NCBI RefSeq assembly: GCF_964204645.1
Contig: NC_134034.1
Location: 5,058,914 to 5,122,913, forward strand
Source of the DNA: Tubulanus polymorphus
Lineage: Eukaryota > Animalia > Nemertea
DNA: 64,000 bases
Reading direction: 5' to 3'
Shown: positions 21,386 to 35,572 of the stretch, piece after piece
Position numbering within the stretch: the first letter of the stretch is position 1
Layout of the letters: each line of letters begins with the position of its first letter
Notes under the pieces: model-generated
What the model saw: only the letters and a program-made list of their open reading frames with translations
Told to the model about the DNA's origin: nothing
Databases searched by the model: none
Position numbers and translations under genes: made by a program

Positions 21386-23049
21386 GGGTCCTGCTAAAGT
21401 ACGAAACTACGAAATATGAAACGAAATTACGAAATATGGAGCGAAATTACGAAACGAAACGAAACGAAATTACGAAAGTACGAAACTACGAAATTAAGAA
21501 ATTACGAAATACGAAACGAAATTACGAAAATACGAAATTACGAAATGGAAATTTTTTGCCAGTAGTGCTAAAATACGAACCGAAATACGAAACGAAATGG
21601 TTACATTTCAAACACACGCCCATACTATGGTCAAAGCTCGTTATAACGCTACGGGACTGTAAAAATCTCGGCGGTGCATGTAAATGATCTTTTGAAAGTA
21701 CCATATTCAAGAATTTATTTTCTTAAACTGTAGGGTTTTAAGAACGTCTACAATTAGTAGAAACTTGTAGGATGTTCTCAAAAACAAATAATGAATACGC
21801 TGCGCCATTTCCACGAACTAAGACGCGGTAAAGCATAGTGAAATGATAGGCCCTACACATGGACTACATGACGATCTTTTTACCGCTTAACAGCTAGTCA
21901 CTAGCCCGACCGATATACAGTCAACCCCGCATAAGTCATAGCCCTCGGGACTGACGATTTTGCGACGACTTACGTGATGTACGAGTTATGTGTAAGTCAT
22001 ATTTTTACGAGTTATCTATAAGTCGTGGTTTCATACGAATTCCGCGAATAACCCGTGAAAATACGATATACGATTCTCAAGTTCCAGCGTGGTTAGTCCC
22101 CGGCCCAGTCGTATCCCGAGCTGACCGTGCAGGTCCTATATATCGTGCCCTACCACAAGAAAGTTACATTGTAACAGTCTAAACACTTACACAGACAATA
22201 TTGTAGCGTATTTTTGATTTATCTGTTGCCGGCATATCGGGCTACGACTTACGCGAGGTATTTTGAATGAAATCAGAAGATTTGGAATTTATAATTGATA
22301 CGACTTACGTGAAAATACGACTTATAAAGTACGAGTTATAAGCATTATTTTATAAGGTTTAAAGAAGAAAAAAATCGGGACCAAAATAATTATACGAGAG
22401 ATGTGATGATACGACTAATTCGATGACGACTTATGCGGGGGTTGACTGTAGCAGAAAGGAAAGGCAAGCGCTTCACGTGACACCGAGCTCGTAACCGAGA
22501 TAGGATTATCCCGTTCTTGGACACGGGCCGACATATCTGAACCTGTCTAGTATCGATCATTTAGCTCAGAAAAAATTAATGTACAGGGTAGATTAGCGGC
22601 CGGTCGGGTCAACTTTTAAGCTCCTCAGCAGAGGAGAAACGAGGTATCAATTTTTTAGCCTAAACACTGCAGGATATATTTTAAGGCACACTTCGTTCTC
22701 TAACCCGTAATTTATTAATCGCTACCTTCCAGTTGTATATGAGCATGCGCAGATCATTCTCCCTGATGGCATCGCTAAACTCAGTCGCGGCACGGAACCC
22801 TACCACACTAGACCGCGTGCGCATGTTTAAGCCAGCTCCAGGAATCCGCTGCTATAGTGCAAAAATTACAAAATTTTTGTTTCGTATTACATTTTGTACT
22901 TTAGCAGGACCCGCGAAAAAATGACAAAAAAATATATATATATCGTATAGTATTTCGTTTTGTACTTTAGCATTTCTTAATTTCGTTTAATATTTCGTAA
23001 TTTCGTTGCATATTTCTTGATTTCGTAGTTTCGTACTTTAGAAGTACCC
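21386..23049. mobile_element. Non-autonomous Mutator-like DNA transposon with a 9-bp target-site duplication
   Basis: TIR GGGTCCTGCTAAAGTACGAAACTACGAAAT / ATTTCGTAGTTTCGTACTTTAGAAGTACCC; TSD aagggccat (21377-85) / aagggcaat (23050-58); empty site visible in copy B near 18766-18775; ACGAAAT sub-terminal repeats; extra inner TIR ending at 22912. Confidence 0.85.
21918..22448. mobile_element. Tc1/mariner (pogo/Tigger-like) MITE
   Basis: TA|CAGTCAACCCCGCATAAGTC ... GACTTATGCGGGGGTTGACTG|TA. Confidence 0.88.
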
Positions 23050-23222
23050 AAGGGCAATGACGTAAGTGTAAAAATAATGTTTTATGTGAATTTTCATTAT
23101 TAAAAAGTGATCGTATTTCATCTGTAATTATTAAATGTTTAACTATTTCATCAAATGTTGTGAATTTTGGAATTATTGTATTGAATAAGATTTTATCTTT
23201 TTCATTTTTCATTAGATAATGA

Positions 23223-23335
<113 letters not shown>

Positions 23336-23339
23336 TGAT

Positions 23340-24062
23340 AGAGTTATCTAATGAAAAATGAAAAAGATAAAATCTTCCAAAATATATCTTTTAGTTTTAT
23401 CGCTGCAAGGGTAAATTAATTCAGCATCAGCGAAATCAAAATTGTGTGAAGTCTGAAATACATGACTAGCAACTCCGCTTTCAGGTTTTAAGTTTTTTAC
23501 ATCTAACTTGTGCCCTTTTAAGCGTTGGTTAAGGGTCCGACCTGTTTCTCCTATATATACTTTGTCGCAAACTTTACAAGGTATTTTATAAATTCCACAG
23601 TTGAGGGATTCGGTTTTCGGTTTGTTATTAATCAATATGTTTATTATTGTATTTAATGTGGATTGTTTATTTAGTGACCGAACAGAAACTTTAGAATTCT
23701 CGAGGAAAGGTACATACGGTACAACGATAGGTTGTTTATCAGTAGCCGACGTAGGAGTTCTAAGGTTGTTATTTCTAAAATGGGTAGAACGAGCTTTAAG
23801 GAGAGCTTTTTCAAGATGAAATCGGGGTAGGCAAGTTTTTTGAGAGATTGGTTAATATGTTGTATTTCATCGGGTACAAATGAGGGGTCGCAAATTCTCA
23901 AAGCGCGAAGAAATAAGCCTTGAGCTAAACCGAGTTTAATATCCGGAGAAGTAAAAGAGAAGTAATGAAGGTAGGATTCAGCGTTGGTAGGTTTCCTATA
24001 AACCGCGAATTTCAAAAAGGATCCACAGTTACAAATCAAAACATCCAGAAAAGGTATTTTAC
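23340..24062 (-). mobile_element. Penelope-like retroelement fragment (RT C-terminus plus GIY-YIG endonuclease)
   Basis: IPFLDVLI, VYRKPT, LFLRALRIC; GIYKIPCKVCDKVYIGETGRTLNQRLKGH. Confidence 0.92.
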
Positions 24063-24089
24063 TATTAGGACTTTTACTATGTGTGATCG

Positions 24090-26190
24090 TTAGAGCTTGA
24101 TAACAAACTCCTATTTACACAAATGCTTGAGGTATGTATGACTGTATATTTCAGTATAACCATCTTTTTGTGCTGCCACTGATTGTAATCAATCAGGGTT
24201 CACTACAGACCTATTTAAGTCTGTGTTTATATCTAATTAGATTTACTATTACTGGCGAAATTTATCGTGTTCCGTCAACAAGTGAAAAAACATTCCTCGA
24301 TGACTACTCACAACTACTAGACAAAATGACCAGTGAAAACAAATCCATCATTCTAGGAATGGGCCGAAATATTGATTATTACAAGATTAACTCGCATAGT
24401 AACACAAATAAATTTTTCGAAATTAGTATCAGTCACGTCATGGTCTATTGCCAAGTATCACAAAGCCCACTAGAGTAACACCGACAACCGCTACGCTTAT
24501 TGACAATATTTACGTTAGTCAAGACATCTTATCCGTGAAATCAGCTATAGCTCTTACATACTTATGTGTCCATTTCCCCTGCTTATTGTCTATTGAAGAG
24601 GAAATGTACATTAATATACAATCAGGAGATAGCTACGTTAGATATTTAAACGCATTTAATGCGTAAACCAAATACGACAGAGTTAAGGACGAATTGATTG
24701 GAGCTACCTTAATAATATGAATAGTGAAAATGCGTATGGTTCATTTAAGACAGAATTACAAAATACCATTGACAAGTTTTCTCCTAAACAACCAAAACGG
24801 ATTCGACCAACTACGATAATTGATCCCTGGATGACCAAAGGTCTAAGGATATGTTCCAATAAATGTCACAGGTTATACTGAACATGTATCAGAGCTGATA
24901 AAACATCCTTACGTTACCAGAATTATTATACAGTAAAGAAATAAATTCAATCAGCTCAAGCGTAAAGCCATAAAGCTGTAATACTCTAAAAAATTGAATC
25001 TTTCAGACGCGACAGTCGCAATCTTTGGAACATTCTTAAGTCATCGATTGGCAAATGTAATGATAAACGATCAGTCATTGCAGATACATTTTTGATTGAT
25101 GATAAACCTGTCACCGAGCCAACTTTGATGTCAAATAGCTTCAACAAATTCTTCAGTACTATTGGCAAGACGTATGCTAATAGAATACCTGTAACCAAAA
25201 AACGATTTGATTCCTTCCTAGGAGATAGTAACCCTTATACTCAATTTCTTTAATGCCAACAAGCCAAGAATTAAATTAAACCCTTGACTACAATCTTCAA
25301 TAAATGTCCTTTTGGAGGTATTGTTCCGGCCCAAATGAAATTAAAAACCTCATTTTCTAATGAGTAAATACTAAATACAGTTTATTGACACGAACGTTTT
25401 CGGGATCATATCCCCTCATCAGGTGAAATACAAGTGAATCAAATGATTAAACTACAGGTTTATATACAACATAAGTTATACAAAATTACAAGTGCTAAAT
25501 TCTAAACTAATTACAAACCAAGTATTTAATTACAAGCTAATTATTTGAATACATTAAGGATAAAGGATGAGCCGTTTTGGAATAATTGTTGATTTAAAGA
25601 GGGTCGTTGCGCTTTAATAAACCTCCCTAATATTAAATCATTGTGCTCAAAACTAAACAAAAATATCTATTCATTGAAATCAGTCAAAAACCTTTTACCA
25701 TTGTGGTATAAACGATTACTTTATTTTAGTTATATTAATTCGCATCTTTCATATTGTTTATCGCTGTGGGGTCCTATAATTTCCAAAGCAAATCTAAAAA
25801 CCGTCAACACCTTACAAAAAAGCTGTTCGAGCCGTTGATGGAGCAAAATTCAATGCACCATCATCCCCCCTCTTTCGTAAATACAAGATTTTGATGACAT
25901 GGTAACACTCGAACTCCTCAAAGCAGGCTATGGTTTTGCTAAAAAAAAACTCTTCCAAAGCCCATCTTAGCTCTTTTCAACAAAAATTCATTTAGTTACA
26001 ATTATAATACAAGAAGTAGACACTACCCAAGAATTCATCCCCACAAATCGCATATTTTTAACCAAACATTTCTCACCAGAGTGCCTCTGTTACGGCAGAT
26101 TCAACCGAACAATATCAAGTCTGCGTAATCATTGCATTCTTTAATCAGTAGGTTCAAAACTCAGGCGATTACAAAGTATTAGTTTTTTCA
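24090..26190 (+). mobile_element. Degenerate CR1/L2-group LINE (AP endonuclease, linker and post-RT regions)
   Basis: IYRVP, ITKPTRVTPTTATLIDNIY, PWMTKGL, LLYFSYINSHLSYCLSLWG; most of the RT is deleted or replaced. Confidence 0.82.
25389..25425 (-). ncRNA. Minimal hammerhead ribozyme in a Penelope-like terminal fragment (about 25345-25630)
   Basis: Minus strand: CAC-CUGAUGA-G-GGGAU-AUG-AUCCC-GAAA-ACGU-UC-GUG, followed by AATAAA. Confidence 0.72.
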
Positions 26191-27682
26191 CAAGGGCAAG
26201 CTAAATATCCCTTGTAATTTATCCATCTTATTTAATTATGATTTATTTATATCACTATTTGATTTTTTCGTTCTATTTTTTTGTTCTGTGTTTTTTGTTT
26301 GGTTTCTTGTAAAGTTATTTATACAACTGATATTCTTTGTGCTCTTTTATTCGTTCAAATACAGTAATACTTACTTATCATTATTATCATTATTTTCATT
26401 ATTATCATTAGGGTTTTCGGACTTTCGTCGAAAACCCTCTTGGAATTCTGTGGATTATTATTATTATTATTATTAATATTATTCCACTTTTTTCGAACAT
26501 AAAATGTATCTCGTCTTAGATCCGACAACTAATCAATAATACATGCTCTAATAAACGTTGAGGGAGATGAAGCGCTCTGAAAGCATTGGGTAGAATCCTT
26601 TGAAATGTTTGACGTACCTTTAAATCCGGCTTAATAACTGAACCCAGCCTGATTTTGATACAGAGCTGGTATATGTAATGTCCCATCACCTCTCCCGTCG
26701 GTTAGAATTCGTGGCGCAATGGAATAGCGTTATCTTGTCAGGCGCAAGGTCGCGGGTCGAAGGAAAGCCATAGGCCCCTATCCGTATTTTCTAATTTTCT
26801 TAAAAAGGAAAATCTCCGTTTTTATAAGTTGAAAGTCATTTGATGCAATCATAACATTTCATTAATAACATCAAATAAACCCAAAGCGTCGTTAAAACCT
26901 ACTACTAAATTTAGTCGCTTTAATATTTTCGCCAACTATGCGCCGCCTATCGTAATAAACGGTTGTTGTTTGCGAGTACGAGTGCGTTACCGTTTTTGAG
27001 ACGCCTTTCTGAGTCAATGAAAAAAAGGGTGGCTCCGAGAACACCCAGCTTTGCAGCGTCACGCTCTCTTCTAAAATAGATCTTTCACTTCGGTACTCAC
27101 ATCAGTACGCTAAGAATATAGTTCCTTCCGTTTCCAATTGGTGGTCATCATCTTCTACGATATTTAACATCACGTCATAATTATTCTGTCTTCTTACACC
27201 TGATATCTTCTTTCATCCTTTATTATCCCAACTAGAGTTTTTCAATCGTCGGAGTACCAACTACGCCAGCGATGCCGGATCTCCTCTCCCAATACTTCTT
27301 TGTATTCCTACTCTCATTAATAATCTTAATCTAATTACATTTATACCATCGACCTTCCTTCTTTCATTACTACTTTTCAACTTTTTCAATAATCTTTATT
27401 TCCATCATTTAATATTTATAATAGGTAATATATACCTAGACTGGTTACCGCTCTCTCCTCAGTCTAATATATACCTAGACTAATTGTCAGTCTCTATCAA
27501 TACAATATAACTTTATTGAACTCTTAATTACAAGTAAAGCCGCAATAAATGATTGCTCTGCGCTAAGGGTATTTGTTGGCATATCTCCAAAAGACGCATT
27601 TTCATATAACTGTTGCCTTCCAATTCGACCGTTGATGATTTGAAATAATGTCAGAAAACCCGTTACCGCTGCTCTGCAGCTA

Positions 27683-27739
<57 letters not shown>

Positions 27740-29769
27740 TTGCTATCATTATTACTAATGTTACTACTATCTACTCAATTCGCGGCACTCGCAATCTTGC
27801 ACTCTAGGTGCAGTGACCTGTACAGCCCCTAAGGCTGTCACTGTTACCTTCATTTAACTTTACTCCATTTTTTCTGTATTGCCATTATTCATAGAAATGT
27901 AAGTTAAATGAAAAATAAATTATTATTATAACTAGCTCGTATGTGTACACATAGGCCTGTGAAGTTTTGCACATCGATTTACGGTTGTTGTTTGTAGAAT
28001 GATGCTAAATGGTTAAAATTGTTTAGGGTTCGTAATGGTAACGTTTTATGAGGCGTCAAAAAATATGTGTTAGTCTCGCAGTCGTGTTGTGTTCGATAGG
28101 CTGGCGATGCGAGCAGGCGACTCACAGTCGTCGTCAACGCTACGTCTTGGTTTTTACCACCTTAAGATATTATCAGTCTACTCATATCCGCCCTCCGTTT
28201 CATCGCCACTCCCAGCTACCGGCAATTAATACTTTGAGGTTCCGATCTTCCACCTAATTCCATATCCACCATTCGCCACACAAGGGCAAGCTAAATATCC
28301 CTTGTAATTTATCCATCTTATTTAATTATGATTTATTTATATCACTATTTGATTTTTTCGTTCTATTTTTTTGTTCTGTGTTTTTTGTTTGGTTTCTTGT
28401 AAAGTTATTTATACAACTGATATTCTTTGTGCTCTTTTATTCGTTCAAATACAGTAATACTTACTTATCATTATTATCATTATTTTCATTATTATCATTA
28501 GGGTTTTCGGACTTTCGTCGAAAACCCTCTTGGAATTCTGTGGATTATTATTATTATTATTAATATTATTCCACTTTTTTCGAACATAAAATGTATCTCG
28601 TCTTAGATCCGACAACTAATCAATAATACATGCTCTAATAAACGTTGAGGGAGATGAAGCGCTCTGAAAGCATTGGGTAGAATCCTTTGAAATGTTTGAC
28701 GTACCTTTAAATCCGGCTTAATAACTGAACCCAGCCTGATTTTGATACAGAGCTGGTATATGTAATGTCCCATCACCTCTCCCGTCGGTTAGAATTCGTG
28801 GCGCAATGGAATAGCGTTATCTTGTCAGGCGCAAGGTCGCGGGTCGAAGGAAAGCCATAGGCCCCTATCCGTATTTTCTAATTTTCTTAAAAAGGAAAAT
28901 CTCCGTTTTTATAAGTTGAAAGTCATTTGATGCAATCATAACATTTCATTAATAACATCAAATAAACCCAAAGCGTCGTTAAAACCTACTACTAAATTTA
29001 GTCGCTTTAATATTTTCGCCAACTATGCGCCGCCTATCGTAATAAACGGTTGTTGTTTGCGAGTACGAGTGCGTTACCGTTTTTGAGACGCCTTTCTGAG
29101 TCAATGAAAAAAAGGGTGGCTCCGAGAACACCCAGCTTTGCAGCGTCACGCTCTCTTCTAAAATAGATCTTTCACTTCGGTACTCACATCAGTACGCTAA
29201 GAATATAGTTCCTTCCGTTTCCAATTGGTGGTCATCATCTTCTACGATATTTAACATCACGTCATAATTATTCTGTCTTCTTACACCTGATATCTTCTTT
29301 CATCCTTTATTATCCCAACTAGAGTTTTTCAATCGTCGGAGTACCAACTACGCCAGCGATGCCGGATCTCCTCTCCCAATACTTCTTTGTATTCCTACTC
29401 TCATTAATAATCTTAATCTAATTACATTTATACCATCGACCTTCCTTCTTTCATTACTACTTTTCAACTTTTTCAATAATCTTTATTTCCATCATTTAAT
29501 ATTTATAATAGGTAATATATACCTAGACTGGTTACCGCTCTCTCCTCAGTCTAATATATACCTAGACTAATTGTCAGTCTCTATCAATACAATATAACTT
29601 TATTGAACTCTTAATTACAAGTAAAGCCGCAATAAATGATTGCTCTGCGCTAAGGGTATTTGTTGGCATATCTCCAAAAGACGCATTTTCATATAACTGT
29701 TGCCTTCCAATTCGACCGTTGATGATTTGAAATAATGTCAGAAAACCCGTTACCGCTGCTCTGCAGCTA

Positions 29770-29823
<54 letters not shown>

Positions 29824-30367
29824 TTGCTATCATTATTACTAATGTTACTACTATCTACTCAATTCGCGGCACTCGCAATCTTGCACTCTAGGTGCAGTGA
29901 CCTGTACAGCCCCTAAGGCTGTCACTGTTACCTTCATTTAACTTTACTCCATTTTTTCTGTATTGCCATTATTCATAGAAATGTAAGTTAAATGAAAAAT
30001 AAATTATTATTATAACTAGCTCGTATGTGTACACATAGGCCTGTGAAGTTTTGCACATCGATTTACGGTTGTTGTTTGTAGAATGATGCTAAATGGTTAA
30101 AATTGTTTAGGGTTCGTAATGGTAACGTTTTATGAGGCGTCAAAAAATATGTGTTAGTCTCGCAGTCGTGTTGTGTTCGATAGGCTGGCGATGCGAGCAG
30201 GCGACTCACAGTCGTCGTCAACGCTACGTCTTGGTTTTTACCACCTTAAGATATTATCAGTCAACTCATATCCGCCCTCCGTTTCATCGCCACTCCCAGC
30301 TACCGGCAATTAATACTTTGAGGTTCCGATCTTCCACCTAATTCCATATCCACCATTCGCCACACAA
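26189..30367 (+). repeat. About 2.09-kb near-perfect tandem duplication
   Basis: Units start at 26189 and 28279; differences seen are (TTA)n lengths and one substitution; cacaa microhomology at the junction. Confidence 0.95.
26410..27687 (+). mobile_element. Helentron-type non-autonomous element (duplicate at 28500-29774)
   Basis: 5' AGGGTTTTCGGACTTTCGTCGAAAACCCT hairpin plus (TTA)n; 3' GAAAACCC...GCTGCTCTGCAGC hairpin; no TSD, T-rich flanks. Confidence 0.7.
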
Positions 30368-30537
30368 TTCTCTTCACAAATCTAACATTTTTGGTTCGAT
30401 TATATCCGCCATCGAAAAAAGGATATATCAACACATGTAGTAACGAAATACAAATTTTCTTGTCAGCAACAATCGGTCAATGTTACACTGATACTGCTGT
30501 TTGTAAATCAGGCCTCCGCTGTACTTAAATTTTCGGC

Positions 30538-30830
30538 CAGAAAGTTGGGACAGTCACGTGACATTCTGATGACGTCATCACGTTTAAAACCTCATTATGA
30601 AAAGTTAACACATTCACAGACCGATATTCATTGTCAGATTATGATTCATATGAAATTAGTAACTTATCAAGAATAAATTATGATCAAATCTATAATTCAT
30701 AGACAAAAAAAGCATTAGAATGTAAGTTATTCTCAAATATTTTTCATATTATAGTTTTCATCTTAGATGCTGCAGGTTCGCGTTCAGTCAAATATGAAGC
30801 GTTAAGTCACGTGACTGTCCCAACTTTCTG
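30538..30830. mobile_element. MITE-like inverted-repeat element
   Basis: CAGAAAGTTGGGACAGTCACGTGAC ... GTCACGTGACTGTCCCAACTTTCTG; no clear TSD. Confidence 0.65.
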
Positions 30831-31204
30831 ACTGGCACAACTTGTAGACTGGTCGCCTGTCCAATTCTGCGCCACCTGCATTCGCAGTCAGAATAGGACA
30901 GGTTTAACCCGTCCGCCATCTTCCGCGGAATATACGGATCCAATCAGATTTCAGTATTTCATCACGTGAACAATGTAACATGACCGCCTCCAGAGTGTCT
31001 CGATTTACGTTCCATGGACCTCTTAAAAGTCGATTTTACATCAATGGAAGATAGAAACTCGACCAAAATGCGAGAACCTGTACTGCGTGTGACCTCGAAG
31101 ATATCGACATACAAGGCAGTATGTCTCCGTTACAGCACCATCAAAATCTACCCTGCTCAAAGGAAGGTCGTCAATCGACACCAATACCGACGAACTTGAG
31201 ATGG

Positions 31205-32250
31205 AACAAGGCAATTCGATACTACGTATCTATGTCCCCGCGATAGCCAGTATAGAATGAATGACCCCTGAAGACACTGATCTTTGGTATAGAAAAATGA
31301 TGAGTGTATCCAGGGATAACCATACTATGAAATATCATTTTCCTGCAATGAATGGTTATTTAAGAATTGAGTTTACAGGGTTTAGGCAAACGAAGTCTAC
31401 CAACCTTGACCTTTGACCCTAGAACTCCAAAATCACTAATGCACATCCTTTTCCCAGGGGTAATCATACTATGAAATAACATTGTTCCGTTATCAATGGT
31501 TCTTCTTGAATCGTTTTTACAAGGTTTCATATGAATGATATCTAGTGACCTTGACCTTTTCCCCCAAAATCAATAGGGCACATCCTCTCCCTAGGGGTAA
31601 TCATGCGATGTAATATCATTGTTGCTATCAACAGTTCTTTCTGAATTACATTCTCGACACAAGCTTTCACATGAATGACCTGTAGTGACCTTGACCTTTG
31701 GTCCTTGGACCCCAAAATCAATAGGGCACATCCGCTCCCTAGGGGTAATCATACTACGTAATATCATAGTCCTGCTATCGACGGTTCTTCTTGATTCACG
31801 TTCACAAGGTTTTACATGAATGACCTGTAATATCATTGTTGCTATCAACAGTTCTTTCTGAATTACATTCTCGACACAAGCTTTCACATGAATGACCTTG
31901 ACCTTTGGTCCTTGGACCCCAAAATCAATAAAGCACATCCGCTCCCTAGGGGTAATCATACTACGTAATATCATAGTCCTGCTATCGACGGTTCTTCTTG
32001 ATTCACGTTCACAAGGTTTTACATGAATGACCTGTAATGACCTTGACCTTTGGTCCTTGGACCCCAAAATCAATAGGGCACATCCTCTCCCTAGGCGTAA
32101 TCATACTGTGTAATATCATAGTCCTGCGATCAACGGTTCTTCTTGAATCGCGTTCACAAGCTCATGCGGACGGACGGACAGACGGACGGACGGACGGACG
32201 GAGGCGGATACCAAGTCCCCCACTCGCGGCCTACGCCGCGTGGGGGACGA
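31205..32250 (+). mobile_element. Helentron-derived element with internal satellite-like repeats
   Basis: AACAAG start and GTCCCC sub-terminal motif; about 140-bp repeats (GACCTTGACCTTTG...CCCCAAAATCAATAGGG); (GGAC)n microsatellite; terminal hairpin GTCCCCCAC...GTGGGGGAC. Confidence 0.8.
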
Positions 32251-33699
32251 AAACCAATTTCTACTCACTGACTTACTGAACTGAACCAGCCATGCAGCAG
32301 AGGCCACCGGCAATTTGTTTGTTCACTTAAGATGACTGATTGATTATACTGAATGTGACACTAGATATTCGCAGTCAATTCAGTGTGGTAAAAATATTAG
32401 CCTATACGACAGGTAACTTCACTTACTTCACTTCAATGTCTTTTAAAACTTGTGAACAGTAAATGAATACTTATTTACAAATATTCTGTTGATTGTCTAT
32501 TGTAGGTCATTGTGTGTGTTCTGATGTTGATTTTCTGAGATCCAACTCAGGTTTTCTGAAGAATTAGAAGTTATACGTATTAAATTGAATGAGCTCAACA
32601 TGCACAGAATGAATTGTTGTTGTATCATGGTAAGTTTGAAAAACGGATGAAACATGAATTGAAAAGTCAATCCAGGTTTAATTGTTAGTATATGTATATC
32701 AGTTTAATTTCAGAAAGTAACCTCAATCACGAATCAAAGAGATTAACGAATCCAGCATTAATCATCATGTTATTAGATTCCAAATAACAAGTGGTGAAAC
32801 TCCTAGATTCTGATACAGTGATGAGGTTTAAAGAGCTGGAATTTATTAATAACCACACGACTGAGCATGCAATTGGAATTGAGATTGGATTTAGGCCTAC
32901 TTTCTGGTCAAGACTTGGTCCTTGTGATTCGAGTTAAGTTAGAGATATCAGTGTCATTCTGTTGTCACACAATTTGCCATGTCACAAAATACGTATGTCA
33001 CCGTCTTGTCAGGCAGTCTGTATATTGAATAAGATTTTGTACTAGAAAGTGGACAATAAATATAGAATTGCCAGTAAAAAAGAGTTCGTCGTGGTGGATT
33101 TTAAACTCAATTTCTAGCAAAAATCATGTATGGTCCATGAGGAGAGGAAAATATTGCAAATATCCAGTTGATCTGAATTACTGGTCTATCCCAACTTGCT
33201 GTCTGTATTATCAGGAATATATATAGAGATGCCGCGTTGGACCCAGATATCTGATATCAAAAAACTGACAAGGAGTTCAACTATTGTAAACTTTATTCAG
33301 ACTAGTCATTTTTACATCATCAGAAACACAAGAATTGAGTGAATATATTTTACATATGGTTGACAAAGAAACCATGGCGCCCTTCAGCCAAGTTCCCTCA
33401 GAATGACTATCACAGGTGATCCCTTTTTCTTACCTACAAAATTAATAAGTATCAATTCAGTAGTGGCTATTCGAATTCGAGTAATATCAGCGGATTAATT
33501 CGATACTCACAGCAATTAATGCCTTTTCTTCGGTCTTTAAATTTCCATTTGTTTTATGATTACATTTATGATTCATAGATTATCAGCTGATTTACTGTAA
33601 TCAATCATTCCAGTGCGATTTTGATATTACTCTTGGTTTCGCTTATTCGATGAGACTCCATTTTAACCTGGAAGTAGCTCGATACTGACATGTTTGATA

Positions 33700-35202
33700 T
33701 GCATCGGCAATGTAAAATGGAAAATGCTAAATAACCATGAATGGACAATAGGCATTTTCCTGGACCTTTCGAAGGCTTATGACACTCTTAACCACGATAT
33801 ACTACTAGATAAACTTGAACATTACGGCATCCGAGGAATAGCAAGAGATTGGTTTTCCTCATATCTTTCTAATCGTCAACAATACGTTTCGTACAAATCC
33901 TACAACTCCTCTACACTATCCTAAAACATCGGTGTACCCCAGGGTTCCATCCTAGCTCTTTCTAATTTACATCAATGGTATCTATGCCTCCACGGTAAAC
34001 ATGAAGTATATATTATTCGCTGACGATACAAATTGCATTGCTTCTCATACACACCTCAACACACTCATACAGTATATTAATTATGACCTAAACATATTGA
34101 ATGACTGGCTTATCGCTAATAAACTAACCCCTAATCTGAACAAAACTAAATATATCATATTTCATAATTATGAGAGAAGACCATTCATAAACCACATACA
34201 ACAAATCAAAATAGGCAACTTAGAACTTGAAAGAGTAAAACAAAAAGATTTCCTCGGCTTGACAATACATGAAAATCTGAACTGGAAACCACATATCGAC
34301 AAAATACACAAGAAATTTCACAAATTACTGGTATCATAAACAAAACTAAAAACATCCTAGACACACAAAATTTACTTTCTCTTTACTACACCTTAGTCTA
34401 TCCTCATTTCAACTATGGCTTGTTGGCTTGGGGCCACTCGCCTTATAATAAGAAATGCCTCCTAATCCAAAAGAAGATCCTTCGAATAATCACCAACTCT
34501 AAGTACACTGCACACACAGACCCACTTTTTTGAAATCTTGAAATCCTCAAAATCAATGATGTCCTCATCCTTAAAACTGCACTTTTTATTCAAAACACCA
34601 TCAAATCTTCACCCCATTACTTTTCTAATTACTTCACCGCGGAAAACTTATCTCCTTTAGTCAACATCAGAAAAAGCATATATTTAGACCACGTATATTC
34701 TTTATTTTCAAAACAAACACCGCCAAACCCGCATCAAAATTCACCTCAAAACATTCTTTCAAACATCTGGCAAAACTACCTTTTTCCAATGACATCCTAC
34801 AAACAAGCAAACAAAATTTAAAACGTAAACTCAGACCATATCTCACCTCCGCCTACAATGATATCCATCAATGTAATAACCCTAATTTTTATAATTGCTC
34901 ACTCTCCTGAACCCTCTAGCTTACTCATATAAACTCTCCTGAAATTATCAAAAATCATCAACTTTCATTTCCTTCCCCTTTATTTCTTCATTTCTCTTTC
35001 GTTTTTTTCCCTGGGTGCTTGCGACAGCGGCCTAAAGGCTTTGCTTGGCCCACACTGAAAGCTACTGTTCTCTCTCTCTTTTTATAATTGTGCTTTGTTT
35101 AAAAAAATTGTAAATTTTATTGTTTGTTTTCTCTCAACCTGTGTACATAGCCTGTCATGCTTTCTGTGAAATAAATTTGAACTTGAACTTGAACTTGAAC
35201 TT
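33700..35202 (+). mobile_element. 5'-truncated CR1/L2-group LINE (RT plus 3' UTR)
   Basis: [44 protein letters not shown]; AATAAA plus (TTGAAC)n tail. Confidence 0.92.
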
Positions 35203-35228
35203 GGAGGATGGGATCAACCGGTCTCTAA

Positions 35229-35572
35229 AGGCGTTTTTACGAGCATCCGATTTTTGCGATCGATCGTAGGAACGCATTTACGAGCACCGATTTTTGCGAT
35301 CGATTTCACGATCGGCGTTTTTACGAACACGATTTTCCGATCGATTTTTGAAATCGACCAACTCGCTCGGCGAGCGATTTGGCGATTTGATTTCCAAGAT
35401 GGCGGCACCGGGTAGTTCAAAACCATACATTTTTTTCCTCAACGTCGCCATATTTATGTCATGTGATTAGCCAAATCCATCGTCGTTTTTACGAACGTTC
35501 GATTCGATCGTACGATCGGAGCAAATCGTTCACGAAATCGATCGCAAAAATCGGATGCTCGTAAAAACGCCT
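35229..35572. mobile_element. PIF/Harbinger MITE
   Basis: TAA|AGGCGTTTTTACGAGCATCCGATTTTTGCGATCGAT ... ATCGATCGCAAAAATCGGATGCTCGTAAAAACGCCT|TAA. Confidence 0.9.

Noticed and set aside
21436-21710. ORFs rich in RNYE/TKRN
   Set aside because: Translation of ACGAAAT sub-terminal repeats of the Mutator-like element.
31591-32313. 160-aa repetitive ORF and neighbours
   Set aside because: Translation of the internal satellite repeats of a Helentron-type element.
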